Shown here piece after piece: positions 25,544 through 37,453 of a stretch of 64,000 bases of DNA (position 1 is the first letter of the stretch; each line of letters opens with the position of its first letter). Below the pieces are notes generated by a model. It did not search any database. It saw only the letters and a program-made list of their open reading frames with translations, and had not been told where the DNA came from. Made by a program: the position numbers and the translations under genes. The stretch is taken from NCBI GenBank assembly GCA_965178125.1, contig OZ237750.1, forward strand, positions 372,001 to 436,000. Direction: 5' to 3'. The stretch comes from Bilabrum cf. latius (lineage: Eukaryota).

Positions 25544-28500
25544 ATGTCTGGATGGCTCACGGAGTCAACCCTGCGACCGCGAAAGCACCGGCCAGTAATT
25601 GCTGATGTGAAGGCTGCGGTGAGCAAATTGCACAGCGTCTACTCGGCCTGGCGATGTTTGTGTGCGTGGAAGCCCAACATGGATTGCAAAATCTTCATTA
25701 TCCGGATCGCAGGCAGGCAACCTGCGTAGCATGGTAGACGACGCCCGGAGTAAGCGGGGGAAAAAAAGATCTTGGAAACCAATCGCTGATCAGCTTGCAG
25801 CACAGGCTGGTCCACCAAAGAAGCAGTTTCGTGCAGAGGACAAATCAAAACTGATCTCTGAGCCGGGCGGGCTTGAGTCGGGCGAACGTAACGCAGAAAG
25901 GCAATAGGAAAATGCCGCGGAGATGTCGTACGAAGCGTACCTGGCGTAGCTGGCATCTGGCGGGGAGTCATCAAAGAGCAAGAAAGGAAAGCGAAAACAT
26001 AAGCGCGACAAAAAATCAAAACCACTTCGCGGAGTCTCATCCGCACGCTCGCGCAAGTCGAGAATAGAGGGCAAGTCCAGCGCAGCAGCGACCAAGGCGG
26101 AAGGTAGTAGCAGTCCCCATGGCGGACGGCCCGGGAGTGATGCGATTGCAGCTGCATAGGGCACAACAATAGACCTCAAGGCACCACCGTTGCCAAGCAG
26201 CAGCCCATCGGGAGATTTGGCCGCGAAGGAGCAGGAGATCGACGGCGGCGGGGGGAGAAGCAAGAGCATGAGGTCAGTGGTGGATGAGTTCGGCAGGCGT
26301 TCCAAGGAGAAGCTACCGACGGTGTCCGAAGAGTACCTGAAATTCAAAGCGGAGCAAGCGAAAGAGGCTGCTCGATCTGGAAGGTTGTGACATGATGGCA
26401 TCAAGTATGGGGGTCGTAAGTGGGGTGTGGTTAGTGGCGAAGTGTGCTGATGCATTTTGTGCCATGGCCTGAGGCGATGCACCGGGCGGGCATAAGTGAG
26501 GTCGGCCTCTGTAACATGCAATGATGCCTTGACTCGTTATCGGCCGAGCAGACCCGATGCCATCAGTGCCACAGTGATGAGCACCGGCGGTGGTTGCAAC
26601 CGCCGGTAAATTCTGGCGCTCGACTCCGCATTGCACCCTGATGCTGATGCAATTCCACTAACTTCTACGAATGGACACTTTAGAGCTGTAGTGTCGATTG
26701 CGCGACTGCAAGACCCAGAGTGGGGTGGATGCAGTGGCAGCAGCCTTCGGCAGGACGGCATTGCCGAACCGCGCTGGACTTTGTTCGATTTATTCGATAG
26801 GATCCTGACATAGTGACTCGAATCGAGTATCATGTAGCTGTTGAGTTAGAGAAGCGAAAATTCGAGGAAGCGAACGCGCGAGCCGGTGGCTTTTTGGGTC
26901 GATTCATGGCAGCTAATGCCGCGGCAGCAAAGATACTGTCCGAGGCTGTAGCCAGAGGAGAAGCAACCGAAGTTGCGAAGGCATTGGATGAGATCGAGAA
27001 GTCAAGACCACCGACAAGAGAGGAGTTTACGAACGTGATTGGCGACGGTGAGGACGCCTTGCTCCGATTCGATCATGTCCTCGCGAGGTATCCCCACTCG
27101 CGGCATAGACAATCGGTGCTTGCTTCCATTTCTGGGGGGCGAGATGCGTGGTCGCAGAATAGCCCGCGCGAGGAGGAGCGGGCCACGACAGCGACGGACA
27201 TGAAGCGCAAGTTTGAGACTCCGCTGTCTCGCGCTCGCACGCTGACACGAGACATGCTTCAACGAACGGCAACCAGCCAGGGATTATTCGCATCAAAGCT
27301 GTCATCATCAGCTAGAAATGGACCTTTAATATTTTGGTCTGATGTCAGCTCTAGCAAGGGCATGAACGCTCTCGCGATCGCAGCCGTGGCAAACAACCTC
27401 CAGCTCGTGGAGCGGCTGCTGCGGCTGGGCGCCAGCCCCAACGCAGCATGCGCCTCAAGTCGCGACGCAGTCACAATCGCGGCAGAGAACGGATTCATGC
27501 TACCGTTGCGAGCAATGATTGTGTCGGGCAAGGCAGACCTCGGCCACAAGCAACTCCTCAATCAGCTCCGCGACACGGACGAGCTGCTCGCCAAGCCTGT
27601 CGGTTTCCTTACCGTCAATACGGCCCTCCCCCTCGTTGCCGCGTCCAAAGCAGGGCACATCAATGCGGTCAAGGCTTTGCTGCAGGCGGTCCGGGAAGAG
27701 GCAGTTGCGACCACTTCCGGCCCCGCCCTGCACCGAGGCAGCATCGCCAGGCAGCACCACTGGTCCACACGCGTGCTCCACTGGTTCCACGCCAGGGACT
27801 CCTCCGGGCAAACGGCGATACAAGCCGCAGCAAGCGATAAAATGCTCTCGCTACTTCAATCGTTCGAAAAGAAACTCATGGGGTCCGTGCATCGTGTTGC
27901 GGCTGACAGGGCGGGCCAGCAGGTGGTTCGCTGCGGTCAATGCGGAGTCAGTTTGCGTCGCGAGGAGATGGACCGTCATTTGGCCTACCTTTGCGCGTTC
28001 GCCCCGCTGCGGGATCGGCTGCCAATAGGTGCACCAAAGCACGTAAAGCTGCCCGGGTTGTCTCTGGGCGAGCGGCTGCTCAGGCTGAAGAGGCCTCGGC
28101 TGTATCATGCTCGTGTCACAGGCATCGAGGTGCCAGAACGCGGCACCCTGCAGTCGCTCGAAGTTACGCATGCATAGAAGGGCAAACCTGGACAGCACCA
28201 TAACGTAAAGGTGCACTACTGTGACATTTTCTAGCCTGCCCTGCTGACTGGGGCAGGCAAATCAAGTGCTGTCAGTGTATCCAACCAACCAAGCCATCAG
28301 GAATCTGCCGGAAAACTAGAGGATGGCAGGAGATTTTCTTCCTTTGAGCTTTCCTTTGGAGGTGGGCTAGCCCGAAAATTGTCCCAGCGTTAGGCTATCA
28401 GTTTCGTGGCGGTGACCCAGGGCCGCCTTGAGGGGGACGGCACGTCCACGGGGCACGTGATGGACGAGCGGGTGGCTGCCATCGACCTGGCTGGGGCCAA

Positions 28501-31500
28501 GCTGAGCGCGAGCAGCCTAGTCAGAAGAAGCGAATCAATGTCAGGATAGAAGTTACCAGGAGATCCCGGCGAGCGGGTTGCATCCAGCCGAAGAACTGAG
28601 GTCTTCCCTAGCCCGGCAGAATACGTAAGCAAGTCCGCATCATGTCCGTTGGGCTGCGGCATGGTGCTGAGTCAGACACACATAGGCGAGCATGTCCAAC
28701 ACCGCTGCCCTTTACGTACTAGGCTGTGCCCAGACGGGTGCGGGGAGCGAATCGAAGCAAGGATGGCGATGGAGCACTCGGCCATATGCTCGCATCGCGT
28801 GATCGCATGCGGCTGCGGTGCAACTGTAAGGCAGTCTACCCTCACAACGCACCTCGCCATCGAGTGTCCAAGGGCTGAAATTCAGTGCTTGAACGCGTGT
28901 GGTCTCACGATCCGGCGGGATGCGATGCAGGAGCACTTGCAGATGACCTGCCGTCGAAGGGTGCAGCCGTGCCCGCAAGGATGCGACGAGCTCGTGATTG
29001 CTTGCCACCTTGACAGGCACCTGGCCGACGAATGCAAAGAAAATCTCATCGCGTGTCCGCACGGCTGTGCCATGATGCTGCACCGGAGGGAGCTTGCTAG
29101 GCACTCGCTGCACTGCTCCGAGGCGAAACGAAGGTGCCCTCACGGCTGCGGCTCGATCGTGATGCACGGCGACCAGAAGCTGCACGATTTGGATTGCCCT
29201 GCAATAAAGAGGGAATGCCCTATGGGCTGCGGTCTCGTGCTGATGAATCGCGATTTGGATAGACACGCGAAATCCAGTTGTCCTCGGCGGATGGTGAGCT
29301 GCAGGTTACATTGCGGAGCAACAGTTCGGCTGTGCGACACCCAAGCGCATGAGTCACAGGACTGCTTCAATGGGTCAATTCAGTGCAGTGAATGCGGTCA
29401 ATTGCTTCTCCGACGGCTTGTAGAGAGCCATGCGGCCGTTTGCGATGCAAGGCAGCTGGCATGCGGCCACGGCGGAGCCCGCTGCACTCGAAGCATACAA
29501 TCGTGGCTGTCGAAACAAGGCCGAGGCAAGGAACCTCGACTGCATCGTTGCATCGAGCATGGCGCCTCCCCGTTCACTTAGGCCGCAGTGCTCGGGGATG
29601 CAACGCTGCTGGCCCACATGATCGCCCTGGTGGACCCAGCCGAGCTGGACCTCGACCACGGCCTCGGAAAGTCACCCCTTGTCCGAGCAGCCGAGCTCGG
29701 TCTTGTCCCTGCGATTCACGCGCTCATCGACGCAGGCGCAGATCCTAACGCAGAGACAGCCAAAGGCAGGTGGCCCCTGGGCGCAGCGGCAGAGGCCGGG
29801 CAGCCGCTGGCCGTGAGGGCGCTGCTTGACCGGGGCGCCAAGGCGTCCAACAGGAACCGACTGCGCCGAAATGCGCTGCAGTATGCAGCCGCTGGTTCCG
29901 AGTCGTTTGAGATTCTTCGGCACGAGCTCAAGCAGAACGTACTGCTGGGGCAGTTATTCCGCAGCGTGGCACTGGGTGATGCACTGGCTCTTGCCAGAGC
30001 ACTAGGGGGTGACACCCTGCAGCGGTGGACGCAGGGCATGATAACCGGTGTGAGCGAACATCTCGCAAACAGTGGTAGCTCGCTAGCACTAGAGGGTCCG
30101 CGACAGTAGTTCCCAGCAGTGATCAGGCGCCTGCCGAAGCGGGCCTACGCTGGGGTGTTCCACGTGCAGGACCACCTACAGGCACAGGCCCAGCAAAGTG
30201 GCTAGCTTGTGAAGAAACTGCAGAGAGATATTCTGCGAATCCAGTGCGACGCGCTGCGGAAGAAATTCAGCCAGAGAGGAGGAAAAACAAAAAAATTTGC
30301 CGACAAGAAGACTCTAAAGGGCGCTGCGTTAACTCCTGCTCCTGCATCTGCAGCCCCTGGCGCAAGCAAAGAGTCTGCCATCCTGTCGCTTCCACCCGAG
30401 GGTCCGCAAGAGGGGGGCATGGACCCAACTGCTGCTGGAGGCAAGTATCCAATCGTACGGAAGTCTCTGGCTGCTCCACGTCGAACAATGGCATTCATCC
30501 GACGCCAGCAGAGGGAAACCCAGGCAAAGCTATCCGCAGCTCAGGACGCGAGCGAAGAAGCCTTGACTGTTCGCGACACGCAGAGGGTACTATTCCGGAA
30601 AACGGAATGCGGGCACAGCCTCATATCGTTTGCTGCCGCTGTTGGTGACGTGCAGTGCCTTGCGGTGCTGCTTCTTGCAGGCGGTACGTGTGGTATCCAG
30701 CCGGCCTGCTACGAGGCAGCAGCCAGGTTGGTGCAGGCTGCGTGGAGGCGGCGCAGAATTGCCGTGCCTCGGGCCATAAAACAGGCCATGGCCCCCGATG
30801 CTAAATGGAAGCAGTTCTAGCTGGAGCTGGCCGGGATTCTGTCCCTCAGGCGCTAGTTGAATGCTTGGAGGATGGTCTTGGCACAGCAGCCGCTTCCGTT
30901 GCACCAGGCGATCTTCAGCGGGAACGTGCAGGCCGCCATGCTGCTGGTGCACTGCGGATTCCCAGTGACGCTGCGATCGTACATGATGCCACTGCGCGCC
31001 CCACCTCAGGTTCTGGGTGGCTCAGGTGTCCTCACCGTCAAGGTGAGGGTGCCGGCCCTTCAGGCGGACGGGACGCTTTCGGAGAGGGACGACCCTACAT
31101 CGGAATTCTTTGAGGAAGATGCCGATGCAGCGCCGGTCGTTCGCAAGGAAGGTACCTCAATGCTATCTCGTGGGCTGTCAATAGCAGAGATAGCTTTCGC
31201 TGGCTGCAGGCTGCTGTGCCGTAAGAGCTTCGTGGAAGGGGTGGGCTGGACCTCTCGCAATGCGCACGTGGACGCGCTTGACGCCTGCCAGCATATCCTA
31301 CGGAGCAGAGCTCTCCGCATGTCCAGATTTCATGCGTCAAGGCAGCAAGTGCTTACACTCGCAGCCAAAAAGCAGGCACGAGAGACAGAGGGGATTGCCA
31401 TGGAGAGGTGTGCACTAGCTCGCGATACCCGTGGCATCATCGACTGCTTGGAAAGGGGCGCTAGCCCCGGGTACACACTTCGAAATGGATACACGGCCAT

Positions 31501-32341
31501 GTGCATGGCGGCGCGATACAGGTGCATCCTACGAGACAAGTCAAGTGGGCTGAAGAAACCGGCGGTGGTGTACATTTCCGATCGATTCTCTACCTCTGCT
31601 GCTGCGCAGGCGTCGCACGCCAGTGTACTGGGTGTGGGTCCATTGCACATTGCAGCATTTCATGGGTCGGTGCAGTCTATCCGTGACCTGCTGCTGCAAT
31701 GTCATGTGCCACCAGATCACAGGGCCAGGGCACCGTAGCGAGGGTACGAGCAGCTGGCAGAGACCTAGTTCAAGATCGGTGCGGACCAGATCAATGGCAC
31801 AACCGCGCTTGCATTCGCTTGCATGAACGGCCAGCGCGCAGCTGTGCGCGAGCTATTGCTGGCGGGCGCCAGCCTCTTTGACGTGAATGGCGCTGGAGAC
31901 AGCGCCGTGCATGTATGCGAGAGGCACGGCTCTCTTCGATGCCTTTAGCTGCTTCGGGAGGCAGAGCTGGCGGCAGGGCCTGGTGCGGGACGCCGGCTGC
32001 CTGCGATAGCGGACGCAGCAGTGTCTTCGGCAATGCATGATCCAGGCACGGCTGCGGCAGAGTCGAAGGGTGTAAGCACGGGAGGATCCCGCCTCGCAGT
32101 GCACCGGTGCAGCTGCGGTGCGACTGTCACGCGCCTGGAAGCAGCAGCGCACGACCGTTCGTGCCAGGTCTCTGAAATCGAGTGCACAGCGTGCAAGCAG
32201 GCTGTAATGCGAGGCAACTATAGAAAGCATCAGTTGAATGATTGTCCCGAGCGACTCGTCGGGTGTCCCAAGGGCTGCAGGGCGGCACTGAGGGCCAAGG
32301 ACGTTGCGAGGCACCTGGAGAACAAAGAGTGCATCAAGTGA
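25544..32341 (+). CDS. Giant ankyrin-repeat / TRAF-type zinc-finger / IQ-motif protein (~2100 aa)
   Basis: Ankyrin repeats (GMNALAIAAV...LLRLGASPN, GKSPLVRAAELG, GPLHIAAFHG), a tandem C-x3-C...H-x3/4-C array at ~28640-29480 and IQ-like AARLVQAAWRRRR. Continuous frame 26813-32341 through TAGs only; TGA stop. Intron 25619-25712; a second intron at ~26385-26680 is less certain. Confidence 0.8.
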
Positions 32342-32445
32342 TGCGAGGGATCCGCTTCTTGTCATGATATCCGTAGACTAGATTCTCATATATCGAAACG
32401 GACAGGATCATATCTCAGCTTGTTAGTATGGGGTATTAGGCACAC

Positions 32446-35291
32446 TCACGCAATCGCAGGTCGCTTTACCGCACGCCGCCACACGTGCGCCAGGCGGTCT
32501 CGGTCCACGTCGAACGGCTCCCTGTAGTCGGGCGCACTCTGTGCCACCATACCTTCGCCATGCATGATAGGCCCCCTTGCCGTAAACACGAGTGCATCCA
32601 TGGCGTCCTGCTCGGTGAACTAAGGCATGGATCTAGCCTGGGACGCGCCTTCCTCATCATTGTCGCTGTCCTTGTGGTCCGGGCGTAGAGATAGGTACTC
32701 CTGCTCCTCCACGTCGCCGCACGCAGTGCCGCACAGCGGCAGGCACCCGTGAGCCCCACAGAAGATGCCACCACAGCAGAACAAACAACCAAACGACGTG
32801 GAACAGCAGGACCGCAAGAAGACCACAGTGCTGCCGCAGCACGACATGAACACGCGGCAGTAGTTGCAGCACAGGATGCCAAGGCAGCCGCCAACACAGC
32901 CGCGCACTGTCCTATTGCACCTGCTGCAGATGTTGTCGCAGCATCGCACGGTGCCTATGCAGGCGCAGCACGCAACTGAGCAGCACCTCTCGCCCAACCT
33001 CCGCGCACCAGCCGCCCCGCAGCACATGATCTGCTTCTAGGCCTTTCGCTTCCCAGCAAGGAATGCCGTCATGCTTCTCGACACCATGCGACAAGCAGAG
33101 CACAGCAGCGGTGCCACTTGTAGAGCGGAGCATATCCATGTCATGGATGTCGCCATTGCAACTTTCTGCAGCAGGTCTGCTCTGCCGCAACGCTGCCCTG
33201 GCGATACGCAGAACCCGCCGTGCGGGAAGCGAATGAGGCACTTTCCGACTCTTTCCGCAGCGATGGCGCAGCTGCCCCCCTACGGTTGCGACGCAGATTG
33301 CCGATAGTCACTGCCACCGCTTCCACTCTGCGCTGGGAGCCCGAGCGCAGCCGAGAGCGGGTCGTTGCTGACACCCGATTCGTCTTTGGGCCTCCTGCCC
33401 TCATTGTGAGACTCTGGAGGGGTGAGGAATGCACCATCGGGCAGCACCACGACCTCAGCGAAAGCGTTGGTCAAGCAAACGCAGGAAAAGATCCCAATGG
33501 TCAGGATGAACATGGTGGTGACAGTTGCCGCGTAAGTCTCCTGCCCTGACTCGCTCTCTGCTTCCAGGCACACGCCCTGCCCCTCAGTGAAACCAATGGC
33601 CAGGGGCAGCACCAGCAGCATGACAAAGGCCCCCACGCCCCTCACCAGCGGAATAGTATTCACCAGCAATCCCGCGTTGCGCATGACCCGGGAGTTTCCT
33701 ACACGCACCCACCCGCCGTGCACGATGGGAGTGAAACAGCAGTACGTGCACAGGCCGGTGAGCGTGCCGCCGATCGCCATCATGGCGAGCGCTGCCACAA
33801 TCAGATACAGCGCAGGCACAACCAGGAGCCTCAGCCAAATCCGCACGGGGATTGTGAAGCACTGCCTCACTGGCGAGATCAAAGGAAGCGTGACGTAGAC
33901 GTATGCGCCTGGTCTCGCAGCCACCTGCGCGGCAGTTCTTGGCACTGACCCGTCAGACTTGCGAAGGACCATGGCAAGCCTTTGCCCGCTGGGTCTCTCA
34001 ACGTACGGCCCGAAGATCCCATCCACCCTGCTCCTGAGTCTCTGCGCCACCAAGCTGCCACCCATCTGGCCCATGTTCAGCATGGCGGCCTTGGCCACAA
34101 TTGCGCCAGCTCTGGCCTGGGCCTGCAGGTCCTGACTGATCCCGTTGAAGTAGCATCGAGACCTCTCCGTGCTACTGATGCTGGACAAACCGAACGAAAT
34201 GGCACCCCTCTGGATGCTCGCCTGCTCCAGGCCGGATATGTTGAGGAAGGTCGTATCGAATGCCGTGCTGTCGGTGGAATCCGACAGGGCTAGCCCGTTG
34301 TGCATCCCACCCACCAGACCGTCATCCGCCTCCTCAAAATCCCTGAACGCGTCGTCATCGGACCCGGACCCGGGCATCAGCAACGTGCTCGCCCTCTCTC
34401 TCTGCGCTGTTGTGGCGGCTCCAGCCTCCCGCGCCTCCTCGGGCCACTCCTGGTTGCTGGGACCCCCCGTTTGGGCTTCTTCCCTGAAGGCGAGCACGAC
34501 GCCTGGACCTTCTCCTCGCTGCGCCAATGTCTGATTGAAGAACAGGTCGAAGGGCCTCGCCAGCGGCCGCACCAGCACGTCCTCGGCGAGGAAAGCAATG
34601 CAGGTGCCGCCGTCGAACCGGGCCTCTGCGCCCTGTCCGGGGCTCAAACTGAAGAGAGATGGCTGCAGCTCGCTAGGATCTGCACTGCTCAAAGTGTCAA
34701 CGCACCCGGAGGCGGCAAGCCTGGCTCCCCCAGACCCGGCGCCCTCGCACGACTGCAACCGGGAGACGCTGCCTGGGCAGGGCCTCAGGATGTCCCAAGA
34801 ATCGGGCTGCGAGCAGTCCAGGCAGCCCGAGCTGAACTTTGCGAGGATGGTAGCATTTCCGCCAGCGCCAAATGGCGCATCGGCATCAACGCCACCGAGG
34901 CTTCGAAGCCGCGTCTCGCACGTATACTCTGGTGCAATGACTTCAAGCGGGCAATTCGTGCTGCAATCTGGGCCGGTAGGGACAACCACCACTAGGGTAT
35001 ATATCATTGTCATTCCAAACATGATGCCTTGAACAAGCTGCATGCAGCCAAGCCTGCGCAGATTTGCGTGGGGTGCAGTGAGCATACTCAGCAATAGTGT
35101 TCACGGCGTGCAAGAGGTCTGAATGGAAGTACGCAGATCTTACAGTCCCGATCGAACACCCATTTTAGAGAGTTACCAGTTATCTGTAAGTCAGCATGCG
35201 TGACAGCTAGTTGCAACGTGTAGGTCCTTGTAAGCTGCTTGCGAACCAGAGAGCCGGCTGGCGTTCGCAGCGAACCCCGAGGTGTCTTCAT
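32446..35291 (-). CDS. Multi-pass membrane protein with Cys-rich extracellular region and very Cys-rich C-terminal tail
   Basis: ORF 33280-35094 continues through TAGs at 33280, ~33040 and 32620 to TGA 32446-32448. The 5' exon and start (~35291) are uncertain. Confidence 0.6.
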
Positions 35292-35327
35292 GCTTGGGAG
35301 GCATAAACATATGTATCCAATCAAATA

Positions 35328-37280
35328 TCACCCAACCTCGTGATCCCTCGGTTCCTATCCCTTCCTCCTACGCCCCAACCCCGCCCCTTTCTTCTTCCTC
35401 AGCGCCCTCGCCTCCTGCAGCCCGTCCAGCCCCTCCTTCACCCTGCGACGGAGCAGGCTGGTGCCCGCGCGGGGGGACGCTCCGCGCTGCCGCTGCTGCC
35501 AGGGAGCAACACCCTCCCACGGAGCAATATCAGCACCAGCATCCTACTGCCCATTCGCGACCACAAGCCCAGCGCCGCCACCGTCCCCGCGCAGAATACC
35601 TTCATCCAAGCCGACGGACTCCCCCAGCAGCCCACCTCGCGCCTCTCCGTTCGATCGCATGCGAGACTTCGCCACCTCCCACGCATCTGGATCGGCCGCT
35701 GCCCTGCGAGCCAGAGCTGCTTGCTGCAGCAGGTCAGCCGGCCTGGCCCCGAGCCACTTCTTGAACTTGAGCTGCATGGCGAATTTCAGCGGCATGTTCC
35801 CGGCGAGCAGCCGCTGGATGAGGCCGGCGTGCCTATCCAGGGCTCTTCCCATCCTATCAGCCTGATCGGCGGCCGCTGGATCCATGTCATACAGCGCCCT
35901 GTCCGCCTCGTCCTCCGCTGCTTCGAGGACGCGCTTCGTGGTGGACCGCTTTCGGGCGCTCTTGGCCCTCGCCTGACGGTGCAGCTGCTGCTGCGCAAGT
36001 GCACGCTACAATCGACTCGCTCCAGGCCCCAGAGGGTCCACGGCCAGGTCTTCCGATCCACTCGCTGAGTAGTGCGTCGCTCTCGCGTAACCCCCCGAAA
36101 CCGCGCCGGGCTGCGGCCTGCCGCCAGCGCCATCAGGCCGAGATGCGCCTCGGGCGATCGTCGTCCAGTCGATCCCGTACTGGGTCAGCAGGTCCGTGTG
36201 ACGAGGGTCCGGCAGCACCCTCCTGGCCGACGATTTCCGCACGTGCTCCTTTGCGCGATCGACGCGGTGCTGCTCCGCTCTGGTTAATGCCTCACGCGCG
36301 AGACCGCGGGACACGTCCTGGAGCGAAGCAAACCCGGCATCCGAGGCTCGCGCCGCCGCCTCTAATCCAGCCTTCCGGACGGGTCCCATTTGCAGCGCAT
36401 CGCCGGCATTGTTCCCTGCCAAACCATCCACGAGCGGCGGGCTCCACCGCACGATGGCGGTGCGCGCGTCAGCTGACACCTCCACGTCAGCGATGACGGG
36501 AGGAAATCCCTTGGGGTACAGGTCGGAGTCTCTGCGGAGCTCAGCTGCCCCCTGCGACCGAAATATGAGCTCCAGCTGCCGCACTGCCTCGCTTTCAATC
36601 CTGGAAAGTCTGGTTCTCGCTCGGATGGTCCGGCTGATGAGTTCCGGTGGCGCGCCGGACTCGACGAGCGCGTCGACGTCCCGCCTCCGGGACTTGACGG
36701 GCCTCAAGGGCATGTTGAGCTTGCGCTGCTCCTGCCTCTCGCGGACCAGGCGCTCTTGCTCGCGCCGTCTCTGCCACTTTTTCTGGTACAGCTCCACGAG
36801 TTCTTCCCATTTGCGCACTTTCGATGGCATCAGCTCCTGCCGTACTGCTTGCACGGCTCTCGGGTCTGTCACCGGCGGGTTGCTCGCAAGTGACGCAGCT
36901 GTCATGGGATTAGGCTGCATTCTATCTAACTACGTCTGGTAGCGCCTATCCCGCGGCGTGAACTCTCCACGCTCCACGATTGCGTGCTGCCTCGCAATCG
37001 TCTCCTCCACTGCTTCGTCCGCCTCCAGCTGCTGCTCCAACTGCCTGCTCAAGGCTGATCCACCCGATTGAATTGAATTATTCGATGTTGTGGCAACATC
37101 CTTTGAGCCAGGTCTATTTACGCCCCGACGATTGGCATACCGAGCAGCGCTAGTGCTAATTCCAGCAGCGCTCGCGCTGCAATTCGACGAAATACGACTG
37201 CAGCGTGAGTATCGCAGCACAACGTCACGAAGCGAATCCTTCCAAAGGTTGTAAGCTGCTGTAGTCCATCTTTGCTGCAT
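35328..37280 (-). CDS. RBFA: Organellar (probably mitochondrial) ribosome-binding factor A-like protein (~650 aa)
   Basis: RLSRIESEAVRQL...VIADVEVSADARTAIVRW and later LDRHAGLIQRLLAGNMPLKFAMQLKF match the two halves of the RbfA KH fold. Arg/Ser-rich N-terminus; 4 TAGs; TGA 35328-35330. Confidence 0.7.
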
Positions 37281-37453
37281 TTTGGCTGGAGTGAAGGGTG
37301 CACAAGTGCAGCTCCAGCTTGTGTTCGCTGCCACACCGCAGAACGTTCGTTCTGCGACGAAATCGTTAAATTCCGAAATGCAATTCCACTGCACGCCGCA
37401 AGGGTCCAGCGATACGACGGCGTTAATTGCGGCCGACTAGGCAAGGACTCAGA

